In this document: piece by piece, positions 1 through 9,347 of the stretch | Layout: every line of letters starts with the position of its first letter | Numbering within the stretch: the stretch's first letter is position 1 | NCBI GenBank assembly: GCA_958295765.1 | Contig: CATQHB010000002.1 | Location: forward strand, 398,424-462,423 | Length of the DNA stretch: 64,000 nt | From: an uncultured Dehalococcoidia bacterium | Lineage (GTDB): Bacteria > Chloroflexota > Dehalococcoidia > Lucifugimonadales > UBA3495 | Direction: 5' to 3' | The notes under the pieces: generated by a model | Database searches by the model: none | Seen by the model: only the letters and a program-made list of their open reading frames with translations | Told to the model about the DNA's origin: nothing | Translations under genes and position numbers: made by a program

Positions 1-309
1 CAATGCCAGCGATAATGGCGGGCGCCGGCCGGAAAGCCGGCGCCGGGAACCCTTCCGGGAACGCAGCGCCAACCTCTGGCAGCGACTGCGGCAACCGGGT
101 AAACTTCGCTGAACCGGGGCGAACCGGAACAACCGGAACAACCCGGAGCAAACTGGCCCAAACCGGCCGGCTTTCAGCTAGGCTCCCCGGCGTCCCCGGT
201 GCTAAAGTCTGGTAAGGTTCTTTACTTGGAGGATTATTCTCGGAGGCTTGCAGCAGTAATACAATTATTCCAGTAACGCTGACCAATAGAGCGCCGAGAA
301 CCTGCTTTA

Positions 310-347
310 GGCCGCCCCGTTTAACGGGGCGGCCTTCCTCTTTTTCT
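310..347 (+). terminator. Rho-independent terminator-like hairpin
   Basis: GGCCGCCCCG-TTTAA-CGGGGCGGCC perfect 10-bp GC stem followed by TTCCTCTTTTTCT. The gene it would terminate lies at or left of the window edge. Confidence 0.45.
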
Positions 348-401
348 ACTCCTACTCGTTTCTCCTGCGCTCACTCTTACCCCCTGCCTTTCTCCCTTGC
401 C

Positions 402-608
402 GGTATTCTCAACGTGGGTTGGTATCTCTAATGGTAGGGGCGGGTTTCTAACCCGCCCTGGCCCCAGGGCAAAGATAGGTCGAATATGGCGACACCCGTT
501 CCGCAAGATAACTTTGCCTGGACGCGCCGGGCGGGTTATAAACCCACCCCTACCTTTTATAGGCCATAGGCCGGGGCGCGATCACCTGAAAATGATGTTG
601 AGCATACC
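402..608. mobile_element. Family A nested MITE-like element (copy A1)
   Basis: Outer inverted ends GGTATTCTCAACGTGGGTTGGTAT (402) and GTTGAGCATACC (597-608). These enclose an inner element bounded by hairpins GTAGGGGCGGGTTTCTAACCCGCCC (435-459) and GGGCGGGTTATAAACCCACCCCTAC (528-553). Confidence 0.6.
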
Positions 609-729
609 CCACCCCCTGACGCCAGGGGTGGTATAGCCCCGGCTCTGGAGACGGGGAAAATGCGGATTTTACGCCGCTTTTTGCGTCCAATTTCTCTTGA
701 CTTATATCTGGCGGCGGCCTAGAATCTGC

Positions 730-745
730 CTACTATAAATTGTAC
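730..745 (+). promoter_or_regulatory. NrdR box 1 (candidate)
   Basis: CTACTATAAATTGTAC resembles the 16-bp NrdR-box palindrome (acaCwAtATaTwGtgt). Its centre is 31 bp from box 2. Confidence 0.55.
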
Positions 746-760
746 CCCGGCCCGGCGGTT

Positions 761-776
761 ATACAAGATAGTGTAT
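761..776 (+). promoter_or_regulatory. NrdR box 2 (candidate)
   Basis: ATACAAGATAGTGTAT has palindromic ends ATACA/TGTAT and lies 45 nt upstream of the nrdR start. Tandem boxes at about three helical turns are typical for NrdR operators. Confidence 0.6.
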
Positions 777-820
777 TTCTAAAAAAGTTTTAAGAATAGT
801 TTAAGAAATCGGACAGGGAA

Positions 821-1507
821 ATGCGGTGCCCTTACTGCGGCCTCTCCAATTCCAGGGTTACCGACTCAAGGAACGTGGAAAACGGCATCCGGCGCCGTCG
901 GGAGTGCCAGGACTGTGGCCGCCGGTTCACCACCTACGAGCGGATTCACGCCACCGCCCTGATGGTGACCAAGCGGGATAACCGCCGGGAGGAGTTCGAC
1001 CGGGAAAAGCTGGCCGCCGGGGTTCGCAAAGCCTGCGCCAAGCGGCCGGTTCCTGCCCACACCATCGAAAAGATGGTTGAGGACATCGAGGGAGAACTCC
1101 AGGGGCCGGGCGAGGTCGCCGCCAGCGCCATCGGCGAGGCGGTAATGGAGCGGCTGAAAAGCCTGGACCGGGTGGCTTACATCCGCTACGCCAGCGTTTA
1201 CCGGGACTTTCAGGACATCGAGAGCTTTGAGTTGGCGGTAAAGGACTTGCGGGAGGGCGGCGGCACCCAGCTTACCCTGCCCCATATTGAGCCGGGGCCG
1301 AACCGCCGCCGGCGCAGCAGCGGCCCCGGGGAGACAAGGCAGCGTTCCGGCCGGCCGGGGGCCGCCAACCCCGGAACGGAGGCCGCGCCGGAGCCGGAAA
1401 TCAATCCAGGGAACGATATAGGTAACGACCCAGGTAACCAACCAGAGAACCATTCAGGGAACCCCGTAGAGAACCAGGCAGAGAACTACTCCGAACCGGA
1501 ATTATAA
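821..1507 (+). CDS. nrdR: Transcriptional repressor NrdR with an unusual ~75-aa low-complexity C-terminal tail
   Basis: N-terminal Zn-ribbon MRCPYCG...CQDCGRRFTTYE followed by an ATP-cone (REEFDREKL...IRYASVYRDF). The tail is rich in PGN/ENQ repeats. Confidence 0.9.
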   Translation: MRCPYCGLSNSRVTDSRNVENGIRRRRECQDCGRRFTTYERIHATALMVTKRDNRREEFDREKLAAGVRKACAKRPVPAHTIEKMVEDIEGELQGPGEVAASAIGEAVMERLKSLDRVAYIRYASVYRDFQDIESFELAVKDLREGGGTQLTLPHIEPGPNRRRRSSGPGETRQRSGRPGAANPGTEAAPEPEINPGNDIGNDPGNQPENHSGNPVENQAENYSEPEL

Positions 1508-1515
1508 AGGAGATT

Positions 1516-1809
1516 TTGACGATGACTACCAGCGCCCAATACTCCGCCCTGACCCGGCTTTTGACCCACAACAACCGGGTGCACCAACTGGAAGACCTGC
1601 TGCTGCAACTGCCCACCCCGGTGGCGGTGGCCGCGGCCGGTGGCGACTCCCCGGACTTCAGCGCCGAGTTCGACTACGACCGGGACGCTGACTTCGAGTC
1701 CAACCCCATCGCCGACCTGCAAGAGGACATTGACAAGGAGGTGCGGGCCAGCCTGGTGGCCTGCTGGTTCGCCATGCCCCGGGAACTGGACGACCTGGAA
1801 GAGGCATAA
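1516..1809 (+). CDS. Hypothetical acidic protein
   Basis: AAGGAG RBS 4-9 nt upstream of ATG 1516 and GC-rich third codon positions. No family recognised. Confidence 0.5.
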   Translation: MTMTTSAQYSALTRLLTHNNRVHQLEDLLLQLPTPVAVAAAGGDSPDFSAEFDYDRDADFESNPIADLQEDIDKEVRASLVACWFAMPRELDDLEEA

Positions 1810-1908
1810 CCGCCGCCGCCGGGCTACCGGAATGTTGTGTAGAACGGGCAGCCGGGAGCCAACCGGGAACCGGCCTGAAATCGGCGAAGAGTAGAAGAGG
1901 AAAAGACG

Positions 1909-2352
1909 TTGAGCATAAACCGCACTGCGGAATATATGGTCTTGTGGAAGAGCCATAAACGGGCGGAGTGGGCGGCAGTGGGGTTGGACAATCAGGCGGA
2001 GGCGCTGCGGCAGCGGCTGGGGCGGGATGATACGGCCCCCCGGCCGGCCGCAACGCCGTCAGCGTCAACCGGGAAATACCAGTCGGCGGCAGAGGGAGCG
2101 GCAGCTGTAGCCGTGATGCAACGGGCGGCGTCGGCCCCTGCCGACTCGATAGACTCGACCGCCGGCGTTCCGGCAGCGATTTCCGACGAATTAGAGCGGC
2201 TGGAAATTGAAGGCCGCCGTATGTGGGAATTGCATACGGAGATAGGCGCCGAGTTGTCCCAGGTGGCAACTTTACTGACAGTTGCCCAGCGCAAATCCGC
2301 GCAAAAAGTGTTACAACAATGGGAGGAAACGGAATCGGCAGCCGGGGCGTAA
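1909..2352 (+). CDS. Hypothetical protein (start uncertain: TTG 1909 or ATG 1936)
   Basis: Open frame with G/C-rich third positions, lying between nrdR and nrdJ on the same strand. No family recognised. Confidence 0.4.
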   Translation: MSINRTAEYMVLWKSHKRAEWAAVGLDNQAEALRQRLGRDDTAPRPAATPSASTGKYQSAAEGAAAVAVMQRAASAPADSIDSTAGVPAAISDELERLEIEGRRMWELHTEIGAELSQVATLLTVAQRKSAQKVLQQWEETESAAGA

Positions 2353-2540
2353 GCCCGGATTCCCCGATTCCGGCGCGGCGGCGGCGCAGTGGTGGTAGTT
2401 GGCGGCATTGTAATTGTAACCTGTAATCCAGCCAATACCGCCCGCCAACGCAAGGGCTAGGTCATTCCGGGCAAGTTCTATCGTTCCGAGGAAGTTCCCG
2501 GTCGTTATGAGCAAGTTCCCGGTCGTTCCGGGTAAGTTCT

Positions 2541-2653
2541 ATGTCATTCCGAGCGGAGCGAGGAATCTAAACTCTTTCCGGCGGTGGATTCCCGGCGGAA
2601 CCGGAACGGTACAACGGCCCGGCGTTTTAGATTCCTCCCAGCGGTCGGAATGA
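2541..2653. repeat. Family C inverted-repeat element (copy C1)
   Basis: GTCATTCCGAGCGGAGCGAGGAATCTAAA ... TTTAGATTCCTCCCAGCGGTCGGAATGAC. Same family as 30940..31050, in opposite orientation. Confidence 0.65.
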
Positions 2654-2713
2654 CCGGCAAAGCCGCGCAACTCCTGAAGTTATATACCAGTAAAGGGAGT
2701 GGTAATATAATCC

Positions 2714-3202
2714 ATGGGTGAGCAACAGATAAAATACCTGGTAGAAGTCCAGTGCCGGCCGCTGTCCCGGGGGCAGGAAGGCCAGATAGCCGCGGAATTG
2801 AGCCGCAGTTTCCCGGTCAAGCAATGCCGGCCTAACCGGGCCGGGTTTACCGTCGAACTGGCCTCCGCCCATCCGCTGGCCTACGGGGCGCTGAAAGACC
2901 TGGCCGACCTGCTGGAGCAGAGCCTTGCCCGGCAGGGTTCTCAGCTTAAAGCCGGCGTAATCAACCGGGTGGCCCCCGGCCCGGTGGGGAGCGCGGCCCA
3001 CTCCGTCTTACAAGCCCTGGAACGCCGGGCCGGCGCCCAACCCTGGCTGACCGCCTTGCTGGGGCGATTCGCCGCAAGATTGGGCGGCCCGGCCCGCCCG
3101 GTTCCGGTGATGTATTTCCATTGGGGCCTGGATATTGACCTGATGCTGGCCGGGAAACTGCGAGGGACGCCCCAGTTGGAACTGGCCGCCGAGTTGAACT
3201 AG
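2714..3202 (+). CDS. Hypothetical protein
   Basis: Coding-like codon bias, located directly upstream of nrdJ on the same strand. No family recognised. Confidence 0.45.
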   Translation: MGEQQIKYLVEVQCRPLSRGQEGQIAAELSRSFPVKQCRPNRAGFTVELASAHPLAYGALKDLADLLEQSLARQGSQLKAGVINRVAPGPVGSAAHSVLQALERRAGAQPWLTALLGRFAARLGGPARPVPVMYFHWGLDIDLMLAGKLRGTPQLELAAELN

Positions 3203-3253
3203 AGTTTTACCAGATACCCGAGTGGTACTGTGGTATTAAGAGGGACGGGAAAG

Positions 3254-5704
3254 ATGACAACGATTCAAGATAACTCCAGCAAGGCTACCGATACGGCGCG
3301 CCGCCGTATCCGGGACGCGGTGTTCGCCGCCGGAATCGGGACGAAAATTAACAACCGCTCCACCGAACTTACCGAAAACTCCCAGGTGGTGCTCCGGCGG
3401 CGCTACCTGTCCAAAGACCGGGAGGGCAACGTCCTGGAAGACCCGGACGGTATGTTTCGCCGGGTAGCGCATAACCTTTCGTTGGCCGACCTCAACTACC
3501 CGCCGGCAACGGAAGTAGAGCGTCAGGTTACCGAGGAAACCTTCTATGACGTGATGCGCAGCCTGGAGTTTATGCCCAACTCGCCGACGTTGATGAACGC
3601 CGGGCGGGAGTTGCAGCAGCTTTCCGCCTGCTTTGTCCTGCCGGTGGATGATTCGCTGGAGTCCATTTTCACCCGGGTTCGCCAGACCGCCCTGATTCAC
3701 AAGAGCGGCGGCGGCACCGGCTTTTCCTTCTCCCGCCTGCGCCCGGAGGGGGACGTGGTTGGCTCCACCGGGGGCGTGGCCTCCGGGCCGGTCAGCTTTA
3801 TCAACGCCTTTGACGCCGCCACCGACGTGGTCAAGCAGGGCGGCACCCGCCGCGGCGCCAATATGGGCATCCTGAACGTCGACCACCCGGACATTCTCCG
3901 CTTTATCCACGCCAAAGAGGACGGCGAACACCTGATTAACTTCAATATCTCCGTAGCCGTTACCGAGGACTTTATGCGGCGGGTGGAGCAGGGGCAGGAC
4001 TATGACCTGGTTAATCCCCGCACCAATGAGATAACCGGCCAGCTTAACGCCAAAGAGGTCTTTGACCGCCTGGTGGCGATGGCCTGGCAGACCGGCGACC
4101 CGGGGATTGTCTTTCTGGACCGGATAAACCGGGATAACCCCAACCCCCAGTTGGGCTACATCGAGTCCACCAATCCCTGCGGGGAACAACCGCTGCTGCC
4201 CTTCGAGTCCTGCAACCTGGGTTCGCTGAACGTGGCCCGGATGGTGCGCTACACCGGCGACGACGTGGAAATCGACTGGAACCGCCTGGCCCGGGCCGTC
4301 CACACCGGCGTGCATCTGCTGGATAACGTCATTGATATGAACCAGTACCCCATCCCGGAAATCGAGGAGATGAGCAAGAAAACCCGCCGTATCGGAATGG
4401 GCATTATGGGCTTTTCCGACCTGCTGGTGCAGTTGGGCATCCGCTACGACTCGGAGGAGGCGCTGGAATTGGGCGCCGAGGTAATGCGGCGCATCCAGGA
4501 GGAGACCTACCATGCCTCGGAGGAGTTGGCGGAAAAGCGGGGCGCCTTCCCCGCCTGGGAGGGCAGCATCTATAACCGGCCGGGCCAGGTGCGCCGGATG
4601 CGCAACTCGGCGCCGGTTACCATCGCCCCCACCGGCACCATCAGCATCATCTCCGGCGCGGCCAGCGGCATCGAACCGCTCTTTGCCCTGTCCTACGTCC
4701 GCAACGTGATGGACCATACCCGGCTGGTGGAGGGCAACCCCTACTTTGAGGCGGTGGCCCGGCATGAGGGTTTCTACTCCCCGGAACTGATGGAGCAGTT
4801 GGCCCAGCAGGGCAGCCTCAGCAACCTGGATGACGCCCTGAACGTCCCCCAGTGGGTCAAAGAAGTGTTCCGCACTTCCCACGACATCACCCCGGAGTGG
4901 CACGTGCGGATGCAGGCCGCCTTCCAGCGTTATACCGACAACTCGGTATCCAAGACCATCAATTTCCCCAGCGAGGCCACCATTGAGGACGTGGCCCAAG
5001 CCTACCGGCTGGCCTATGAGACCGAGTGCAAGGGCATCACGGTGTACCGGGACGGCAGCAAGGCCGACCAGGTGTTGAGTACCGGGGAAACCGGTACAGG
5101 TACGGGTACGGCCACCGCCGCCGGGGAGACGGCCCCGGCGGATGCGCCGGCCGGCCCCCTGCGCCGGGTCTATCGGGAGCGGCCCCGGCAGATTAGCGGC
5201 GTTACCGAGCGGGTGCGTACCGGCCACGGCAATATGTACGTTACCATCAACTTTGAGCAGGAAGGCACGCCCTTTGAGGTGTTCAGCACCCTGGGCAAGG
5301 CCGGCGGCTGCGACAGCGCCCAGTTGGAGGCCATCTCCCGCCTGGTGTCCCTGGCCCTGCGCTCCGGCATCAACCCCCGGGACGTGGTGGCCCAACTGCG
5401 GGGAATAACTTGCTGCCCGGCCTGGGATCAAGGCACCCTGGTGCGTTCCGGCCCGGACGCGGTGGCCCTGGCCCTGGAGCGTTACATCTCCGGCGATACC
5501 GATACCCTGGAAACGCCGGAGGCCGAGTCGGTGCAGTTGCAATTCACCACCGAGCCGGTAACGCTGAACGGCAAGGTCAACCGCAACGGCAGCATGGGCG
5601 GCGGGGCCTACCCGGCCCGCAAATGCCCCGACTGCAACACGCCGGTAATTTTTCAGGAGGGCTGCCTGATGTGCATATCCTGCGGCTGGAACAAGTGTGA
5701 GTAG
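3254..5704 (+). CDS. nrdJ: Adenosylcobalamin-dependent ribonucleoside-diphosphate/triphosphate reductase (class II RNR)
   Basis: Motifs NSPTLMNAG, SACFVLP, KSGGGTGFSFSRLRP, TNPCGEQPL and a C-terminal Cys cluster CPDCN..CLMCISCGW. ATG 3254 follows the purine-rich AGAGGGACGGGAAAG. The track ORF starts earlier, at GTG 3230. Confidence 0.92.
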   Translation: MTTIQDNSSKATDTARRRIRDAVFAAGIGTKINNRSTELTENSQVVLRRRYLSKDREGNVLEDPDGMFRRVAHNLSLADLNYPPATEVERQVTEETFYDVMRSLEFMPNSPTLMNAGRELQQLSACFVLPVDDSLESIFTRVRQTALIHKSGGGTGFSFSRLRPEGDVVGSTGGVASGPVSFINAFDAATDVVKQGGTRRGANMGILNVDHPDILRFIHAKEDGEHLINFNISVAVTEDFMRRVEQGQDYDLVNPRTNEITGQLNAKEVFDRLVAMAWQTGDPGIVFLDRINRDNPNPQLGYIESTNPCGEQPLLPFESCNLGSLNVARMVRYTGDDVEIDWNRLARAVHTGVHLLDNVIDMNQYPIPEIEEMSKKTRRIGMGIMGFSDLLVQLGIRYDSEEALELGAEVMRRIQEETYHASEELAEKRGAFPAWEGSIYNRPGQVRRMRNSAPVTIAPTGTISIISGAASGIEPLFALSYVRNVMDHTRLVEGNPYFEAVARHEGFYSPELMEQLAQQGSLSNLDDALNVPQWVKEVFRTSHDITPEWHVRMQAAFQRYTDNSVSKTINFPSEATIEDVAQAYRLAYETECKGITVYRDGSKADQVLSTGETGTGTGTATAAGETAPADAPAGPLRRVYRERPRQISGVTERVRTGHGNMYVTINFEQEGTPFEVFSTLGKAGGCDSAQLEAISRLVSLALRSGINPRDVVAQLRGITCCPAWDQGTLVRSGPDAVALALERYISGDTDTLETPEAESVQLQFTTEPVTLNGKVNRNGSMGGGAYPARKCPDCNTPVIFQEGCLMCISCGWNKCE

Positions 5705-5802
5705 GGTGTAGGTTTCACGGCCGGCGCGGTTGGGGGTTGAAGTTGCGATGCGCCTGATACCCAGGACAACATCAGGATAAACCCGTCATTCCGGCTTTTT
5801 AA

Positions 5803-5902
5803 CCCGTCGTTCCGGCGAAAGCCGGAATCCAGGAAATCCCACGGAAAAGAGCGTGCCGGCTACCGAGGGTTCTGGATTCCGGCTTTCGCCGGAACGACGG
5901 TT
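5803..5902. repeat. Family B inverted-repeat element (copy B1)
   Basis: CCGTCGTTCCGGCGAAAGCCGGAATCCAGGAA ... CTGGATTCCGGCTTTCGCCGGAACGACGG. Each arm contains its own CCGGCGAAAGCCGG mini-hairpin. Confidence 0.7.
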
Positions 5903-5994
5903 GATTGGGTTGCCCTGGTTAGGGAGTGATTGCCCGGCCCTTTCTAGCATGTGCTATACTTTCCCCATACTACACCCCCGTCAAGGAACCGGCC

Positions 5995-6216
5995 ATGCAG
6001 GAAAAAAAGACGGCTACCACCAGGGAACGGTTAGTGCAACTGATAGAGGAACTGACTCCCGAAGAGCAGTCGGCTCTCGTACCCCTTCTCGAACTAATGG
6101 TGGCCGGCCGTCGTTGCCAGGGCGATGATTTATGGGAAAGAGCGGCCGGGGCCAATACCCTTTGGGAAGCGGGTATTGATGCCCAGGATTGGGTGGATTA
6201 TTTGCGCGGCAAGTGA
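5995..6216 (+). CDS. Small hypothetical protein (73 aa from ATG 5995)
   Basis: Open frame MQEKKTATTRERLVQLIEELTPEEQ... The track ORF starts earlier, at 5926, inside repeat-derived sequence. Confidence 0.35.
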   Translation: MQEKKTATTRERLVQLIEELTPEEQSALVPLLELMVAGRRCQGDDLWERAAGANTLWEAGIDAQDWVDYLRGK

Positions 6217-6258
6217 TGTGGGTAGATTCGCTATATTGTCGCAGTTACTCCATTTTTA

Positions 6259-6428
6259 GGTGTTCGCAACGGGTGTTGGTATTGTCATTGACGTAGGGGC
6301 GGGTTTATAACCCGCCCTGGGTTCAGCGGCAAGGAAATGTCCGGGAAACGGGAGTGCCATAGCTGACCGGTTCCGGTATATGAGCCAGGGCGGGTTACAA
6401 ACCCGCCCCTACCATTGTTGGAGTGGAC
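6259..6428. mobile_element. Family A MITE-like element (copy A2, degenerate outer ends)
   Basis: Inner element 6293..6412 is bounded by GTAGGGGCGGGTTTATAACCCGCCC and GGGCGGGTTACAAACCCGCCCCTAC. The outer arm GGTGTTCGCAACGGGTGTTGGTAT starts at 6259. Confidence 0.55.
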
Positions 6429-6540
6429 TGCTGGTAGTGGACGAACTGGCCCAGCAATAAACTATCCCCCCTTCCCCCGTGCTATAATCTCCCCAAACCC
6501 GCCAGTAAATAGCCAGTAAATACCGGGAGTTGCGAACATT

Positions 6541-7563
6541 ATGGTTGACGCAGACGTTCAGAAACCGGCTATTGCCATCACTATGGGCGACCCTTGCGGC
6601 ATTGGGCCGGAGGTGGTGGTCAAGGCTTTGGCCGACCCCAGGGTTTATGCCTCCTGCCGGCCCCTGGTCATCGGCAACACCTTCGCGATGCGCCAGGCGG
6701 TGCAGGCTACCGGCCTGCCCCTGGAGATTAACGAAACCGGCGACCCGGTTGCCGCCGGCCGGAACCCCGCCGTGGTGGACGTGGTGGACATCCACAACCT
6801 GAACCCGGAGGACATCACCGTCGGCCAAATCAGCGTCCCCTGCGGCAAGGCGGCGATGGAGTGGGTGACCAAGGCCGGCGAGTTGGCCCTGGCCGGCATC
6901 GTGGACGGCATTGCCACCGCGCCCCTCAACAAGGAGGCGGCCAGCCTGGCCGGGTTCCAGTCCATCGGCCATACCGAGCTGTTGCAGGAACTGGCCGGGG
7001 CCAAGACCGTCCCCACTATGCTGCTGTCCAAGAACCTGCGGGTGGTGCATCTGACCACCCACCGCTCCCTGCGGGTGGCCTGCGACTACGTGAAACAGGA
7101 GCGGATTCTGGAGTTCTTGCAGTTGACCCACGATACCTTTGTCAAGTGGGGCTTTCCCCGGCCCCGGCTGGCGGCGGCCGGCCTGAACCCGCACAACAGC
7201 GACGGCGGGCTGCTGGGCAATGAGGAGGCCGAGGAGATTGCCCCGGCGGTCAACGCCGCCCGGGAGCGGGGCATCGACGCGGTTGGCCCCATCCCGGCGG
7301 ACAGCGTTTTTCCCCAGGCCATCGAGGGCCGCTACGACGTGGTGCTGGCGATGTTCCACGACCAGGGCCACATTCCGGTCAAGGTGTACGGCTTTGAGGA
7401 AAGCGTAACCGCCAACCTGGGCCTGCCCTTTGTCCGCACCTCCGTTGACCACGGCACCGCCTTTGACATCGCCGGCCAGGGCATTGCCCAGCACGTCAGT
7501 ATGCTGGAGTCCATCCGGCTGGCGGTAGAACTGGCCCGGGGCAACGGCCTGGCGGACTTTTAG
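6541..7563 (+). CDS. pdxA: PdxA-family 4-hydroxythreonine-4-phosphate dehydrogenase
   Basis: ITMGDPCGIGPEV, GHTELL, MFHDQGHIPVK, VRTSVDHGTAFDIAG. Confidence 0.85.
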   Translation: MVDADVQKPAIAITMGDPCGIGPEVVVKALADPRVYASCRPLVIGNTFAMRQAVQATGLPLEINETGDPVAAGRNPAVVDVVDIHNLNPEDITVGQISVPCGKAAMEWVTKAGELALAGIVDGIATAPLNKEAASLAGFQSIGHTELLQELAGAKTVPTMLLSKNLRVVHLTTHRSLRVACDYVKQERILEFLQLTHDTFVKWGFPRPRLAAAGLNPHNSDGGLLGNEEAEEIAPAVNAARERGIDAVGPIPADSVFPQAIEGRYDVVLAMFHDQGHIPVKVYGFEESVTANLGLPFVRTSVDHGTAFDIAGQGIAQHVSMLESIRLAVELARGNGLADF

Positions 7564-7593
7564 GGGGGCGATACCGTTTCCAACGCATATTCA

Positions 7594-7807
7594 GGTATTC
7601 TCAATACGAGTTGGTGTTCGGGGCGGAATACTCCAACGGCCGGTAGGGGCGGGTTTGTAACCCGCCCAGGTTCCGGTGCAAGGATGGGTCGGATACGATG
7701 TCTCCGTTACCTAAATGAGGCTGCCGTTGCGGGCCGGGCGGGTTACAAACCCGCCCCTACAATGCACTAGAGCCGGGCATGGAACCCCAACACCTGTTGA
7801 GAATACC
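7594..7807. mobile_element. Family A nested MITE-like element (copy A3)
   Basis: Outer ends GGTATTCTCAATACGAGTTGGTGT and GTTGAGAATACC. The inner hairpin-bounded element is at 7643..7760. Confidence 0.65.
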
Positions 7808-7893
7808 CATATTTAAGCCGGGCAATCGCCTTTTGCGCTGCTGTGTTAAAATTAACCGCAGAGACCCGGAGACACCGGAATAGGAGAGGTCTT

Positions 7894-8697
7894 ATGCGGT
7901 TAGCTTTTATTGGCGGGGGGACTATGGCCGAGGCCATCCTGGGCGGGGTGCTGGCCGCCGACCTGGCGGCGCCGGGCGACATCGCCATCGGCGAACCCGT
8001 ACCCCAGCGGCGGGACTATCTGGCCGAGCGGTACGGGGTGCAGACCGGGCCGGACAATGTTAAAACCGCCCAGGGCGCCGACCTGGTGGTGCTGGCGGTC
8101 AAGCCCCAGGATTTGCCGGCCGTGTTCGGTCAACTGGGCGGCCGGCTGGAGCCGGGACAGGCCGCCCTGTCCATCGTGGCCGGCGCCAAAATGTCCACCC
8201 TGGCCCAGGGCTTGAGCCACGACTCCGTCATCCGCGTTATGCCCAACACGCCGGCCCAGATTGGCTGCGGGATGACCCTGTGGACCTGCTCGGAGCCGGT
8301 GGACGCCGCCAAGCGGGAATTGACCCGCTCGATGCTGGGCACCGTGGGCCAGGAAATCTACGTGAACGATGAGAAATACCTGGATATGGCGACGGCGTTG
8401 AGCGCCAGCGGCCCGGCCTACGTCTTTCTCTTTGTCGAGGCGTTGATTGACGCCGGGGTGTTGGTGGGCCTGCCCCGGGAGATGGCCCGAACCCTGGCCT
8501 TGCAGACCGTCTATGGCAGCGTCCGGCTGGTGATGGATACCGGCAAGCATCCGGGCGAGTTGAAGGACATGGTGGTTTCCCCCGGCGGCACCACCGCCGA
8601 AGGACTCCAGGCGTTGGAGCGCGGCGGCGTTCCGGCGGCTTTGGTGGACGCGGTAAACGCCGCCTACCAGAAATCTATCCGGCTGGGCCAGGGCTAA
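7894..8697 (+). CDS. proC: Pyrroline-5-carboxylate reductase
   Basis: MRLAFIGGGTMAEAIL Rossmann start, PNTPAQIG, SASGPAYVF, SPGGTTAEGL. RBS AGGAGAGG lies at 7883-7890. The track ORF starts earlier, at 7843. Confidence 0.9.
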   Translation: MRLAFIGGGTMAEAILGGVLAADLAAPGDIAIGEPVPQRRDYLAERYGVQTGPDNVKTAQGADLVVLAVKPQDLPAVFGQLGGRLEPGQAALSIVAGAKMSTLAQGLSHDSVIRVMPNTPAQIGCGMTLWTCSEPVDAAKRELTRSMLGTVGQEIYVNDEKYLDMATALSASGPAYVFLFVEALIDAGVLVGLPREMARTLALQTVYGSVRLVMDTGKHPGELKDMVVSPGGTTAEGLQALERGGVPAALVDAVNAAYQKSIRLGQG

Positions 8698-8717
8698 AAA
8701 GGAGGCGTACCCCGGAA

Positions 8718-8990
8718 ATGGAAGTAACAAGGCTGGTCAACCTGCTTTTTACACTGGTTTCTTTTACCATCCTGGCCCGGATAATTATGACCCTGGTAGT
8801 GTCCTTTATCAGCGACCCGCCGCCGGTGCTGGTCAGCATCACCCAGGCGCTGGTTCAGGTAACCGAACCTATCCTGGCGCCGATCCGCCGGGTGCTGCCC
8901 ACCTTCGGGATGCTGGACTTCAGCCCCCTGGTAGCGATCCTGCTGCTCTCGCTGATTCAGGCGCTTATCAATCGAGCGGTCGGCGGCTGA
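8718..8990 (+). CDS. yggT: YggT family membrane protein
   Basis: 90-aa two-TM protein with a TEPILAPIRRVLPTFGMLDFSPLVAILLL motif. Confidence 0.8.
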   Translation: MEVTRLVNLLFTLVSFTILARIIMTLVVSFISDPPPVLVSITQALVQVTEPILAPIRRVLPTFGMLDFSPLVAILLLSLIQALINRAVGG

Positions 8991-9037
8991 TTGAAAACCG
9001 GGGTTGGTCGCATACCCCTTATACCGTCGTTGTTTCT

Positions 9038-9070
9038 ACCGTCGTTCCGGCGAAAGCCGGAATCCAGGAA
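9038..9070. repeat. Family B element, left half only (B2)
   Basis: ACCGTCGTTCCGGCGAAAGCCGGAATCCAGGAA, abutting a family D element. Confidence 0.55.
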
Positions 9071-9092
9071 GCCTTGGCGCAGACAACCTCAT

Positions 9093-9236
9093 CCTTCGAC
9101 AAGCTCAGGATGAGCGGTACAAAACGGGATTACCTAGATACCAGTGCCAAGTCTGCGCCAGGAACAAAATCCGCTCATGGTGAGCTTGTCGAACCACGAA
9201 CCCCGTCCGTCCTTCGACAAACTCAGGATGAGCGGT
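9093..9236. repeat. Family D repeat cluster (D1)
   Basis: CCTTCGACAAGCTCAGGATGAGCGG ... CCGCTCATGGTGAGCTTGTCGAACCA ... CCTTCGACAAACTCAGGATGAGCGG. Confidence 0.65.
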
Positions 9237-9285
9237 ATAAAGCGGGCTTAATGAGCGGTGCAAAGCAGTCTTAACTGGATGCTTA

Positions 9286-9314
9286 AAGGGCGGGTTGTTA
9301 AACCCGCCCTTACC
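9286..9314. repeat. Solitary family A-type hairpin
   Basis: AAGGGCGGGTTGTTAAACCCGCCCTTACC, just downstream of the convergent NHL gene. Confidence 0.5.
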
Positions 9315-9347
9315 ACTTAACCTAACTTCCCGCCGAAGTCCGGCCCT

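Noticed and set aside
1-374. Edge ORFs: plus 3..215 (Gly/Asn/Pro-rich), and a minus-strand frame open from GTG 374 to the window edge with a TM-like segment (VLGALLVSVTGIIVLLLQA)
   Set aside because: The two are mutually exclusive and neither has a recognisable family. The minus frame would contain the strong terminator-like hairpin, and the window edge prevents resolution. Neither is called.
3236-5542. 768-aa minus-strand ORF antisense to nrdJ
   Set aside because: A mirror ORF typical of high-GC DNA. Its product is low-complexity (G/A/R/P/H-rich) and the plus-strand frame carries unmistakable class II RNR motifs.
3254-5704. Intein or B12 riboswitch associated with nrdJ
   Set aside because: The protein is collinear with ordinary class II RNRs at 816 aa, with no Cys/Ser...HN splice-junction block. 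No cobalamin-riboswitch-like core was seen in the short upstream region.
6409-7494. 361-aa minus ORF antisense to pdxA
   Set aside because: A shadow ORF that begins inside a MITE.
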